Of a DNA stretch of 64,000 bases, positions 37,776-51,214 are shown piece after piece (position 1 is the first letter of the stretch; the number at the start of each line of letters is the position of its first letter). The translations under genes were made by a program, and so were the position numbers. The DNA comes from Moniliella sp. 'wahieum'. Its lineage: Eukaryota. The notes below the pieces were generated by a model. That model saw nothing but the letters and a program-made list of their open reading frames with translations, was not told the origin of the DNA and did no database searches. The stretch covers positions 124,001 through 188,000 of the forward strand of contig RSEE01000104.1 of assembly GCA_003971905.1 (NCBI GenBank), read 5' to 3'.

Positions 37776-40700
37776 GCTCGGTTGTACGGAGTGGCGGAGG
37801 ATGGAGGGGTGTGGTGGAGGAGATAAGTTGGTCTTGGTGGGGAGAGAGAAAGAGAGAGAGAGAGAATACGACAGTAGCCTGGCTTTTATATACCTCACGC
37901 GCCGTGCCGAGCAGGTATTTGTTCCGTCCTCTTCGGCAATCGAAGCTAATCGGAGAGGAGGCGGTCGAGGGCGTGTGTGTTCGCAGCGGGGTAACAGTCC
38001 CCCTTCGGATATGTGTGTGCGGCGTGGAGACACTCTCCTATAACGAAAGCCACCCACCCCGTCTCAACCGCGCCCACTGGCACCCCGACACTGCTGCGGG
38101 CGCGCCTGTGTCAAGTGCTGCTGCTTTTGTGCAATGTTTTGTGCAATGCATTTCATGGCTACCAATGTGGTCTGCGCGGCAGTTGGATGGGGGGAGGGGA
38201 GGAATCCTGCGTCGCTTCTCTCTCTGACTGGCCCCCCACGGGGACGATGTGTTCGGATCGTTTTTTTTTGCGCCGCGTGTGGGGGTGTGCACTGCCGTCC
38301 GTTGTGTTTTGGGGAGCAGGGAAGGGAAGAAGGGAGCATCCGACAGGAGGAAGAGCGGCAGCCAGCCGACTGCGGCCGTGCGTTGAGGCGCAGGCAGACG
38401 GACGCGATGGTGACTATGCGGAGCATGTGGGATGATGGTTGCACACCCATATAAATACTCTCCCACCTATTATTACTTGCTGTATAGCGGCGAGAAGCGT
38501 GCAAGGCAGGCGGGGGCACCGGGCAGGGCAGTGCCCCCAGACGGGGTAAACTTTAGACCGTCAAAAGTTCAAGGTGCAATACATGTGGGACAGCCAGCAC
38601 GAGGCCAGTGTGCTGGGCTGCACCTCAGCTGCGTGCTAGCTACTAATCAAGTCAATCCAGTTTTTCTTCACCAGTTGAGCACCAGAGAAGGCCGTTGCGC
38701 ATCGCCCGCGTCTTGAGGTGCTGCGTCCGCTGTGCCTTTACCTTCACGCTCCTCCCCTTCTCCCCCTCAGGGAGGCTGCGCCACACCCGGTTCTACTTTG
38801 TCACATTGACCGCGCTCGAAGATATATGCTGTGTGAGAAGGCCGCCGCACCACCGTGTGGCCGGCTGCTGATGTGGCGAGGAGGAGTCGGTGCCTGTTGT
38901 GTCCGGGGGGTGAACGTTGAACTGTGCTGCAAACAGCCACAAGGGCAGAGGAGGACTGTGTGTGAACTCGTCTGCCTCATCCTCGAGAGGATCGCGATGA
39001 GAAAAGATGGAGGGCAGAGTGCCCAGCTGCCTCAGGCGCTCACAGTAATGTGGCAAGTGCAGTGTGTGGGTGTGTGGCCCTTCCTTTGGCCTCAGTACAA
39101 CCTTTCGTGGCGACAGAAGCAGGCCGAATCCCACGGCGCGTGGGGCCTGCGTGTGCGCAGGCAAGTGGTCGCAAGTCACTAGTTCCTCCTAGCACTAATC
39201 ACTACTCTCACATTATTCAATCGAAGAGTCAATATTCCGTTGTCAAAGTATGCTTCAACCTACTCAAGCTTCAAGCTATTCAAGCTGTTTCAAGCTTCAC
39301 ATGTCACAAGCCTGCGTCTTCCTTAGTTTCCTCCGACGCGTCGTACCGCGCCTGCCAGAACGCTCGTGGGGCAGACGCGTGCATCCCTGCAATGTGAGCC
39401 GCGTGAGGTATTTTAATCCTGTGCGCCGCGGGAGGCAGAGGAATGGCACACTGGCCTTGTGCTCGCAGTCATTGAGTACGCATCTACTACTACGAAGCGA
39501 AGCGGCACACATTAAGCTGTGCACTTCGACGCGCCCTTCGACCCCCTTCGATGTCGCGTCGATTAATGAACGATATCATCCTGCCTGCCTCATGCCTCAT
39601 CGACCTCATCCTCAACCTGTATTAGGCCGTTCCTTACCTCCCAAAGGGGGGCTCTTGTGAGGGCTGCGCGTCATGTAGCTGCGTAGACCCAGGTTATATA
39701 CTGAGGCACTATAGACCCGTATCCAAATCTCTCCATCAACTGCATATGATGCGGGTGCATACAGGCATCATGTATACCTGGCCAATTGTGCGCGCACGCT
39801 GGCGGTCAAAAAAGCGAGCACCGTAACGCTGGATGCACGCACAGTCTTTACAGCGACTGTGCGCAGAATCTCCCTACCTCGACCCTGCGGCCTCGGGTAC
39901 ACAGGCCCACACAGTCACATTGTCCTGACGTGTTGCATGACCGGCACGACAGTGGCTGCACGAGATGCAATGTGTGCCTAATTGTATAGTGACTTGTAAA
40001 AGCACTTCGCTAGTGGCCATTAAGATGCCTGAGGCCGGGGGCCTGACGCCTGACAGCCGTGCCACCGACGCAGGGTTGCAGTAGTTGCACTGGGCCCTCC
40101 CAAGGAGATGGGATCTTTACGCCACCTGACAAGTGATACGTTTTGATCAACTGTTACCGGCACCCCTATACGGACTTTGATGGGATCAGTACTCAGTGTC
40201 AGTAAAAGCACACTGCCGCATTGGCCTGCACTTTTGCTTCGCACACTTGTGTGCCCCGCGTTTGCTCGGCCTACCTAGTTTTCCAATCGATGAGATTGGG
40301 AAAGTGTGAAGGGACGAACGCGCGATGAACGTACGATTGGCTTGGACAGGTAATCGAAACCTCCTGCTCCGTGGTGCATGAGGTGGTGTAGGGAAAGAAG
40401 CAGAATTAAGCTTGAGACTGGAATTGCGACCACCCACCTCGCAGCATCGTGCTACTCCTCAGTGTTTTCATGTCCAGCTTTACCATTGGCGGGCACATTC
40501 AACACGTTCAACATAGTATACACAGTACGTAATAGTCTAGATGCTGCTGCTTCGCGACAGGCGTTTTCTTTTTTCCCACCCGGCCCCATAGCAATGCTCC
40601 TCTCCAGTCACATAAGTCAGATGAGTCAGATGAGTCACACGGATGGGATGGTAGGTGGATTAAGGTGTCTACACCCCGTCTGTTGGCACCTTGCGTCCTG

Positions 40701-42861
40701 GGCCTGATGCCTGATGCATGAAACCAACAAAAGGCACGGCACGCAGAGCTAACCAAAAAGTGAGGGGCAGTGTCATGGCATCATTAAGCTTCTTTCGAGT
40801 TATCTAGAAAAGTCATCATCCATTCAGTGTGAGCACGCGAAGGAGCTCCACCAGCCAATGATCTCCCACTACACAAATTCAACGAGCGAGAGGGGGGAGG
40901 AGTAATATTCGGTGCTATAAGGTGATGCTGCGCCTGACAGAGAAGGCGTCCGGCCTCGCCACTTATACAGTTTTCATCTACCCAACACCTATTACGTACA
41001 TAAAATGCTCTTTTCCTGCCAGGGCTGGTCAATAACCTTTTAGTGACTCTCACGGGCGGTCATCACCACCACCGCTGCCGGCCTTCTCAGTCATCAAATC
41101 GTCAAATCAGTTTGATGCGTATTGTCGGTTGGCAAAACGATTCGGCCACACTTTCAGGCATAGTAATACCGAGAGGTGTACTCCCCGTTCCTTACATGTT
41201 CTTGGTTAACAATCAAGCTTTCCTTCACTCACTCTGTGACTTCAACACGTCCACTTTGTAATATTTCTGCACCACAATCCTCGTCGGATCATTCGCACTA
41301 ACACAAACCCGCCTTATATAATAGTGTGTGTCATCTTCGTAGCAGTCGTCACTGGCAACTTTTCCCCTCCGCCTTTTGGCACACCTTAACGATCAAACGC
41401 AGCTCTACCAATAGTCAAGCACCTGACGTGCGCGGCATATATATAGGCCAATGCCGGGCTCAGCGCGCTGACGCTGAGACTTGGGGCCGCGTTACACGTT
41501 TCGACTTTTGGCCACTGTCACATGCGCCTGTCACTCATGTCACATGTCACATGCGAGTTGGACAGCTGGACAAGACCCTGGCGTCTCATCCCATGCATTC
41601 GGGTACGTGTACGGAGTGTGTGTTTGCTGACTGTCGTGGATCGAAGTGGATTTGGTGTGGGCGGGCGGGGCATGCCGTAGTAGTTCGGATAGACAGACGG
41701 TGCGCTTTGAAGCAACGCACGAAAAGGCTTCCGCGGCCGCCGAGACAGAGGAGGGGGGAGGGGAGAGGTCGTCGAAAACGTATGCGGTGGCGGCGTTGGC
41801 CTCTGGATTGGAAGCCTATCATTCTACAAATCTTTTGGTGGGCGACGCACCCGGGCAAGTACACAACTGCTGACGCAGCTCACCTTGCACGATGCCATGG
41901 TGTGCCGATTGAAAGATGGAAATGCGAGCCAACAGTAGTCCGCGGAGTGCGGTGCATGGAGCAACCGATGGGCACGTGCGGTGAGCGCCGTAGTACGCCG
42001 TCGGAGTACTCCATCCAACCTGCCGACAGACGACCTGGTGTGCGGGACGATGCAACAACACGCATGTGTGCGGGGGGGGAGCAAGCAGGAAGGGGCAGAC
42101 GACGGGGCGGAGGCTCACGGTGGCGAGTAGGACGGTAACGCTACGCTTAGGCTAAATGTTAATTGGGCGGCAGCGGCATTTCGGCCCGGCGCGGCCGCCG
42201 AGCGGCGAGGGGCTGTGGATCGGGGAGGGGAGAACGGGGGCGGGAGGCCGCTGTGCGGGTCTGGGACAGCCGAGCTGCTCCCACTGTGAGCGCTGAGCCT
42301 CTTAGCTCCCAAGTTCAACCCACACGCCCCCCCCCCTCTTCGCCTCGGGCAGCCGGGTATACAAAAGAAGCGCATCCGCACCCTGTCTCGCGTCATCGAT
42401 TCATCCATCATCGACATCCTTCTTGCGTTCTCGTCCCGTTCGGACGCGCGCCGGCCTCACGCGTCAGATCGCCGTAGTCAGACCCGCAAGCCTCAGAGGA
42501 GCGACATACGTACACGCCCCCTGGCGCCCAGCGTGTGTTGCGCTCGGGCGGGCGTGCCTGGTGCGTTCGGGGCGGAGCGTGCTTGCCGAATCGCAGCCGG
42601 GGACCTGCAGCATCGCACCCGGCGTGCACGGACCGCACGGACCACAGCACCACAGCACCACAGCCCTGCTTGCGCCTCGTCGTAGCAGCGCCCAGCGCCC
42701 AACACGCGCCCTTCGCTCTCGCCCTTGCGCCTTGCGCCTTGCGCCTTGGCCTGCCCTGACCCCTGACGCCTGAGGCTCAGGTCCGATGGCGGTGGCTATT
42801 TAAGCCTCCCCCCTGTGTTCTTCGCCCCCCCCCCCCCCCCCCACACCACACCCACCACACC

Positions 42862-44692
42862 ATGGGTCTCGCACGCCACGTTGACGTTGACGACCTGCTC
42901 GCTGCTGCCGCCGATCACGGCCTCACCGTCGCCGGCACCCGGCACACCGATGGGGCTTCCACCCCGTTTGGCGGGCGCTACCGTGCCTCCACCCTCCCCC
43001 ACAACTCGATTCCCGACGAGGGCGTGTCGCCGGAAGATGCGCACCAGGTGATTGAGGGCCAGCTGGCGCTCGATGGCAAGCCCTCGCTCAACCTCGCGTC
43101 CTTTGTCTCCACGGACCTCAACGACCCTGGCTTCCGTTTGTTCCGTGTACGTCACCCGCTTGCCCCCCTCGTCTCGCCCGTTTTTTTGCTTTCCGTTTTG
43201 TTCTCCCGCCTGCAAACTGACACTGACTGATGCGCATGCGACGGCCGCCTTGCCCTACTAGGATCACTACAATATCAACTTGGCCGATGCCGATGAGTAT
43301 CCCTCCACGGTCATGATCCATGGACGGTGTGTGTCGATGATTTCGGACCTTTGGAATGCGCCGAAAGAGGTGGACGCGAATGGGAGGCCCGTGCGTGCGC
43401 TTGGCACTGCGACCACAGGCTCGTCCGAGGGCATCATGCTCGGTGCGCTGGCGCTCAAGAAACGGTGGCAGCAGCGCCGCAAGGCCGCTGGCCTGCCCTT
43501 TGACCAGCCCAACTTGCTCGTCGGCGCCAACACGCAAGTGTGCGTCGAAAAGGCAGCCAAGTACTTTGACATTGAACTGCGCCTGGTGCCCGTCAGCGTC
43601 GAGTCGAGCTACCGCCTGGACCCGGAAAAGGCGGTTGAGATGGCGGATGAAAACACGATTGCCGTGTACGTGATTGCCGGCTCGACCTACACGGGGGCGA
43701 TTGAGCCGGTCAAGGAGATGAGCGAGCGGCTGGACACGCTGCAGAAGGAAAAGGGCATTGATATTCCGATCCATGTCGATGCGGCCTCGGGCGGGTTTGT
43801 CTTACCGTTTGCCTGGCCCGATTTGGAGTGGGACTTTCGCGTGCCGCGCGTAGCGTCGATCAATGCGTCGGGACACAAGTACGGCCTGGCGCCGTGTGGC
43901 TTGGGAGGGTCATCTGGCGCACGCCCGAGTACCTGCCCAACGAATTGCTCTTCTCGATCGACTACCTCGGCACCGCCGGCGGCGCCATCGACTTCAACCT
44001 CAACTTTTCGCGGCCGGCCGCGCCGATGCTGGTGCAGTACTACAACTTTATCCAGCTCGGCCGCCAGGGCTACCAGGATATTGTGGCGGCGGACCTGCGC
44101 AATGCACGCATGTTTGCGCGCGCGCTGGAGAACAGCGGGTACTACGAGATTGCGTCGGAAGTGCACCTGCCCCGCGGGGGGTGAGGAAACAGACCCGACA
44201 AAGGCCGCCTACTACAAGCCCGCGCTGCCCGTCGTGGCGTGTTCAAGTGGGCCGATGGTTTGTGAGCCAGTACCCGCACTGAAGGGAAAGCAGGTGGTGG
44301 TGCAGACGCTGCTGCGTGCGCGCGGCTGGATCGTGCCCAACTACGGCTGCCCCCAGCCGCTCCACGACACCCAGATCCTCCGCGTCGTCATCCGCCAGGC
44401 CACCACCTCCGACTGATTGCGACGCTGGTGGAGGACATTCTGGACATCACCGACACGATCATCCATGAGTTTGCAGCGGCCGACCTGGGCGGCGCAGGCG
44501 CGGCGGTGCTCGCGGGGACGTCCCACCTGGCGGTGCCGTCGCCGTCGCCGGGCGGCTCGCGCACGGGCACGCCGTCCACCGCAAGCACCGCCACTGCACA
44601 ACCGGCGCAAGAACCGCAACATGTACCTCCCGGCCGTCAGCCAGCCCGACTTGGCCGCGCCGCCGTCCGCGGGCTTTGGCCGGACGTGCTGA
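42862..44692 (+). CDS. GAD1: Glutamate decarboxylase; intron 43147-43261; frameshifted
   Basis: LALDGKPSLNLASFVST, INLADADEYP, TATTGSSEGIMLG, IHVDAASGGF, SINASGHKYG (PLP lysine), GWIVPNY; probable C-terminus GFGRTC*. Confidence 0.95.
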
Positions 44693-44897
44693 GGGTGGTG
44701 TAGAATTGGATATGGATAGGATATGGCATCGAGCACAGGGGTCCGGACGTAGCTGGGGCAGGCCATAATACATCGGGCTGGGGCACGTGCTCGTCACGTG
44801 CTGCCGGCTGACTGGTGACAAGTAGTGAGTAACTCAGTAGTGGCCAGTGCGAGCACCACCATCTCGGCCCTCGGTCCTGCTGCCGTTCGGAACCGCC

Positions 44898-46258
44898 ATG
44901 ATCCGCATCCGGTGTGTCCTGCCTCCCCTGTGCGCTGGGCAGACCCTAACCCGCGCCCCAGCTTCCCCAGCGGCACCGCCACCGCCCACACCACGCCCGA
45001 CATGACCCTCGACGACCTCCACGCGCTCGTCTTCAGCCTCACCAACATCCCCCCGACCAGCAGGAGCGTACGTCTTCTCTCCCCCCCCCCTCCCCCTGCT
45101 GGCCTGCCGCGTCCCCCCCAACACCTGCCTTCCCAGTCAAGACAGGCGTCCCCATCCGCTCCCTCGCCTCGCTGCCCCGCGACACCCCGCTCTCCGACCC
45201 GCGCGTCAGCATCGCCAACCGCAGCCAGGTCATCGTCGCTCCCCCATGGGAACGCTCGTGGAGCAAAGTGTGCCCGTTGCGCCGGCTGCTGCTGCTGTCT
45301 CTACTGCTCCGGCTGCTGCAGCTGCTCCTGCCGACCCTGCGCCGCGCGCCTTGCCCGCCCCCGTGCGCAGCAAGGTGTCCTCCGCCATGGCCACCGTCCG
45401 CGGCTGCGACAGCAGTCGCCGCTGTCGACCAGCGGCCGCCCCCGTCTTCCACCCGGCTGGAGTTGGGGCGCCTGGGCCCGCTCCTCCGCAGGCTCTTCCC
45501 CGCCGTCGGCGCCGGCCAATAGGAAACATTACCGTGCCTTGGGCGATGAGTTTGTCGTGCTCAACATTGTGCCTGACGACAATAGCTGTCTGTTCACCAG
45601 TGCGGCAGTGGTGCTGTCTGGATCGGCGGAGCGCGCAGCAGGCGAGAAACTACGACCCGTACGTCTACTCCTCGTCTCCCTGGGCTGTCTCGTAATTTCT
45701 TCGTCGTTGTGCGTTCCGATGGGCAGGCGACTCTAACGTGGTGTGGTGGCAGTTGTCGCGAACACGATCCTAGCGCACCCCGAAGAGTACTACTCCGAGG
45801 CGTTCCTAGGCCAGCCTACGGAGGAGTACGCTGCGCGGATCCAGCAGCCCAACGTGTGGGGCGGCGCGATCGAGCTGGCCATCTTATCGGACCAGTTTGG
45901 CGTGGAGATTGACAGCATCGATATTGGTACGGGCCGGGTGGACCGGTACGGCGAGGCGAAGCAGTTTTCCCAACGCGTTATCTTGCCTACAGTGGCATCC
46001 ACTACGACCCATCCTCCTCCTCCCCAGCCTCGATGCGCCACTGGACTTTGCCACGTCCAAGTTTGATCCCGACCAGGCCGATCGCGTCATCTCGGTCGTG
46101 CTCGAGTTGGCCGACGACCTGCGCCACAAAAAGTACTACACCAACGTCTCCTCTTTACGTTGCGGTGCAAGCAGTGCGGCGCTTCGCTCGTGGGCGAACG
46201 CGGCGCCGTACACCACTCGACCGTCTCGGGCCACACGGATTTCGAAGAATACTCCTAA
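44898..46258 (+). CDS. OTU1: Ubiquitin thioesterase OTU1/YOD1; introns, frameshifts
   Basis: MIRIR|FPSG UBX-like start, VPDDNSCLF catalytic motif, YSEAFLGQ, WGGAIELAILS, HYD, C-terminal zinc finger ending GHTDFEEYS*. Confidence 0.92.
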
Positions 46259-46669
46259 CCTCGCCCGCTGCGGCACTCGTGATCCCTCTGATGGATCTTC
46301 ATCCCCGTCTCCCACCCCCACCCTCCCATGCTCCTCCGTATACTCCCTTGCCTCTTCCGTTCCCTTTTCTGTGCGCTGCCGTACCCTTTCCTGCCGCACC
46401 GTACCCTTCCTCGCCCTTCCTCATCGTGCCCTGCTTTCTCTACACTCTACCCTCCGCCCCCCCCCTTCAGCTTTCATTCAAGACTTTCATCATGATCTGT
46501 TCGACAGGTGGTTGATCACCAACGCAGACATGGATCATGGACTGGAGAGAATGGGGAGACCGACAGACCGACAGAACAACGACAGACAGACAGACAGACA
46601 AGACCAGACAGGTGGTGGCACCGCACCGCAACGCAACGCAACGCAATGCAACGCAATGTAGCGTGGTGC

Positions 46670-49600
46670 CTAGGACCGGATCTTGATGCCTTTATCTTGG
46701 GTGGGCAGGGAGCGTCCTGAGCGATCGGGGTGGTCGAGGCCGAGCACGTCGTCGGGCTGGAAGCGGTGGTCCCAGAGCACGTCGGCATCTTCAATGTAAG
46801 ATGGTTGTTGGTACAGGCTGGTTTGGACCAGGGCGAAGCGGAAGCGAGCGAATTCCTTCTCGGGCACATCCAAGCGCGTCTGGAGACGCTTCTTGGTCGT
46901 GCCAAACGCCTCGCCACGCCGAACGACAAATTTAAATGGATGCCATGCACGCGGTGCACGTCGCGCGAAAAGTGGAACACGTTGATCAACTTGTCGTCAT
47001 CTTGTACACTCACCTCGTCCACCGGTACCTCCTCTGCAAACAGTTCTGCCGCTTCGCCTAGGTTGCCCACCATCTCCCCGCCACTCAACTCCTTTTGACT
47101 CTTGCCGTTGCTCGCCACCTCAAACAGCCGCAGCCGCCCGTGCCGCCCGCACTCAGCTCCACTTTCTTCCCCACTTCCTCGGCCAGATCGTGCACCGTCT
47201 TGGTCCGCGGCAGGAGGAACCGGTGCTCTTCCTCCTCCTTGTTGTGCGCGCCCGTCCAATAAACCCGGATGCTGCGCTTGGTCTCCAGCTCTACAATGCT
47301 CACGTCCACAACTCGTAGTACAACAGCGACGCCGAGCCTTGGAGGTAGCTCAAGCTGACAATTTCACCCACGGTCTGGTTGGCCGAGCGCTTGATCACCG
47401 TTTTGGGCGTGCCATTCGGCCCATTGGCAATGACAAACCGGATCTTGAGCGGGTCGTGCTTCAGCAGCTCGCCGGCCTTGGCGGACATGAGGTCGTACGT
47501 CATCTTTTCGACAGGGTCAGGCACACTTCTTGCTTGGCCGTGGGCGTAGGCGTGCGCGGCTTGAAGAGAACCTTGATTTGGTTTTGCAAAAAGTCGTAAA
47601 ACTGTACCGGGTTCGAGTACATCGACTGGACCTCCAAGTCATGCACGTCGCGCTCAGGCAAGTCCATCTGGAAACACACAATGTCCCCATCTTGAATCTC
47701 GGACGCGCGGAAGGTGAGGTAGGCTTCATCTGCTCAATCATCCCGGGCTTGATCTCCTCGTAGAGTTTGACTGCCGTCGTAGGCGGCCAGCGCATGCGCT
47801 GGTTGATGGTCGTCGCCAAGTCGCCCACGTTTTGCTCTCGTTTTGCACATACACCGTCCTAGCCCCTGCAGCGTCTGGCCAAACACATCAAAGTACTTGA
47901 GAAACACCATCGACGTGCCACCCACCGTACCGCCGCGCGCATCAAACTCGGCCAACTTCTCCGCGTCGAGCTCAGAAAGTCGAAGGTCCGTCTGCCGCGA
48001 CGCCATCTTCTCCCGCACCATCTCCATCGTCAAGCTCGCATCCGACTCGGGCACCACATTGTCCGGTCGGATCGTCTTGTTCTGTCGGTTGACCAACACC
48101 CAAAACCGAATGTCCGACTCGGGATGCTTAAAGTGCTCCGCCATCCGCGCCTTGAACACCACAAACGGCTCGTCTTTTTTCACCCGAAACGTGGCAGCTC
48201 CGAGGCGGGCAGGGTACGATCGTCAAAGGTGGCCAAGTCAAAGCCCTGGTGCTTGCGGAAGGTAGATTCGGTCACGAGCTTGACCGTCATGTACAAATGC
48301 TGTTCCTCCCGTTCTTTGCGTTTGGTTTCGAGCAACCGACGTTCCTCTTCCAGCCGCTTGCGCAGGTGCACCGGTGTCATCTCGGCCGTCAGCGGCGCCA
48401 GCACTTGTTCATACGCAGCCGCACGCAGGTACACCAGCATACGCATTGGTCAACCGCTTAAACCCTTCCTGCAGCGGCCGCACCCCGGGCCCAGCCAGTG
48501 GTTCCCCACCATAGTTGTCCTCCAGCACCTCCTTGACCGTCACGGGCGTCACCCGGTCGTCGTCAAACTTGAACCAGCCACTGTCGCGGGTCGGCTTGAT
48601 CAGGGCAAAGTAGTGGCCGCCATTCAGGTCGCCCGAATGGACAAGCACGCCGTGCAGGTGGTAGGTCCAGTCCTCCTCCGCACCCGCTGGTCCCTCCTTG
48701 TCGACAAACGGAGCCAGGTCGATGCTGAGCGGGAACTCGTGGCGGTCATTGATCTTGACCATCGCGTCCTTTTCCACATTGTATTCAAACCGTTTGAGTT
48801 GGAGGTGCAGAACAGGTGGGAAGGACTGGAAAGTAACGCCTTTGATGGCTGGTTGCAGACCATAGCCATCGGCTTGGTACTTGTTTTCCCCGTCCAGCCG
48901 CTCGGCCGCGACATAATCTTTAAACGAGTCCTCCAGCGTCTTGATGCCCTTGACGTTGAGTTGGACGTCGGAAAAGGTCTCGACGCGCGAAGAAGAGTAG
49001 TTGACCTGGGTGCAGGTAATGTACGTTCGCATCTTGCCCGTAAACAACTTTTCAATCGACCCATCCGCCTCGGTGCCCTTCATCTGCGTCTCGAGCTTGT
49101 CTTGCAAGACCCGGTTGAACTCTTGCACGTCATGCTGCAGGAAACTGTCGAGCGAGCGCCAGCCAAAGCTTTTGGTCAACTCGGTCGTGCTCACGGGAAG
49201 GTCGGAGGTCTGGAGCTGGTAAAAGCCGCTGCAGCGCGAGCGGCACACTTTCCGATGGCGTATCGTGCTCAGTCGGAATCTGGTACACCGCTTTGCGGAA
49301 GGCGGGGGTAAGGAAGAGGGATTGGAGCAAGGAGTTCATGTAGCATGTGGCGCCCTGGTTCTTGATGCCAACAAAGCCAGTTTCCTTCTTCGAGTCGTAG
49401 TTTGGCAAAGTTGTGCCACAGCACCCGGTCGGGTCCTTGACCACGCGCACAAACGCACTGATGCGTGCCTTGCCATTCTCGAGGATCGGCCGCGCGCGCC
49501 TTCGCCCGGGGCCAGCAGTTTCTTGAGCTCACTGAAGCGGGTGAACCCCCAGTCCATCTCCTCCTGGGTGAAGCGGTGGTGGGCAAGGCTGCTGACAAAG

Positions 49601-50471
49601 ATGGTGGGGTCGGTGGGGTTGGAGATGACAAGCGAGAACTGGGCACAGACGTGCCAGCCCTCGGGCTTGTCCTTGGCGCCGGCATAGTCGAGGTAGAGAC
49701 TGACCATGTCGTTCGGCTGGCCATGCGAGTTGCCAAAGGGGAAGAGAAGGATGCGCCACCGATGGCCGCCGCATTCAAACTCGGGGCCGGTCAGGCGTTG
49801 CGGCAGCGTGTCCCACTCGGGCACATCCCAATGGTACACGGCCTCGGCCTCGGCCTCCAGGCCGTAGTCGGCGAGATGGGTCTGGGCAAAGACGTGCTCG
49901 TCGGTGACGGCGGGATGGGGTCGTCGGACACGGGCGCGAGGGCCGAGGTGGGGGCGGGGGTGGCGGTCGGGGTCGAGGCAGGGCAGGGGCAGGGGCAGGG
50001 GCAGGAGGAGCAGGAGCAGGGCAGGGCAGAAGCAGGGCAGATGCTGGTGGCGGCGTTCCGGACGCAGAGGACTGCGGTTTGGACGACTGCGGAGGGAGGG
50101 CAGGCGGTCAGCAGACGGGCAGGCACAGCGAGGGCAGAGGGCCACGTACGGTGCGCGCGGGGGCGGCGGGGGCGCTGTCGAGGGCGGGGCGGGTCATCGG
50201 CGGCGGGGGCCGGAGCGGGAGCGGGGCGGGAGGGAGAGCGGGTCGGCGTCGGGGCGGGTGAGTTGGTGCTCGACGGCGCATGCGATGATGGCGACCATGG
50301 GGCTGTCCTCGGGGAGGACGAGGGTGGTGAGGTCCTGCTGGACGGCCCAGTCGACCAGGCGGCCTTGGAGGCGCCGGGGCGGGGGCCGGCGTTGAGGTCG
50401 GCGATGGCCTGGAGCTGCTGGGTGTGGAAGAGCTGCCAGGTGGTGCGCAGCTGGTCGGGCGTGGGGGGCAT
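46670..50471 (-). CDS. UBP15: Ubiquitin carboxyl-terminal hydrolase USP7/Ubp15 (MATH + USP + UBL repeats); start inferred through intron ~50070-50149
   Basis: [90 protein letters not shown]. Confidence 0.95.
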
Positions 50472-50760
50472 GGCGGTGGGGGTGGCGGTGGTGGGGTGGA
50501 GATGGCGTGGTGGTGGTGGAGATGGCGGGGGGGGTTGAGGGTGCTGGCGCGGCGCTGGCCGAGCTGAGCCGAGGGGAGCGTGGCGCGGGGAGCGGTGAGG
50601 CTGCGCTGCCGAAGGAAGGAACGGCACGTGCGTCGCTTTGCACCGAGGGGGGGGGGGGGTCGTTTCTTCTGCCGGACGCGTCACATGACTGCGTTACGTC
50701 AGCGCAGCGCCCCAGTATAACCCACCGAGGGGGATTTTCTGTCGTGTCCCATTAACCGCC

Positions 50761-51214
50761 ATGGCCAGCAGCGACCTGGATGTGCGCATCGAGCTGGGGT
50801 GAGTCCTGCGTCCGAGTGCTGCGTAAACCCTAAGTACTAACACCTCCCCAGCGGCGGCCTCGAGCTGCTGACTGCCCCGCCCCACGCCAAGCACCACCGC
50901 CTCCGCCTCCCCCGCCAGCAGCCCTCGGCTGCCCCCGCCTCGTCCGCCGCCCTCACCCCCCGCCTCACCCCGCCCCCGATGGCCCCGCCGCCCCCACCCC
51001 CACCACCCCCACCACCATGCCCACCTCATCCGCTGGATGCTCACCCCCTCATTGCCGAGCGCCCCGAGCTGTTTGCCGAGCCCTCTGCCGACACGGTCCG
51101 CCCCGGCATCCTCGTCCTCATCACGATGCCGACTGGGAGCTGGAAGGCGAGGGCGCGTACGAGCTGCAAGACGGCGACCACATCTCTTTCATCTCCACCC
51201 TCCATGGCGGCTAG
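50761..51214 (+). CDS. URM1: Ubiquitin-related modifier Urm1; intron near the 5' end
   Basis: [54 protein letters not shown]. Confidence 0.93.

Noticed and set aside
48124..50538. Long antisense or alternative-frame ORFs (48124-49311 +, 49465-50538 +; likewise 57465-58229 -, 2084-3292 -, 27106-28704 +)
   Set aside because: Shadow ORFs expected from high GC and codon bias opposite real genes.
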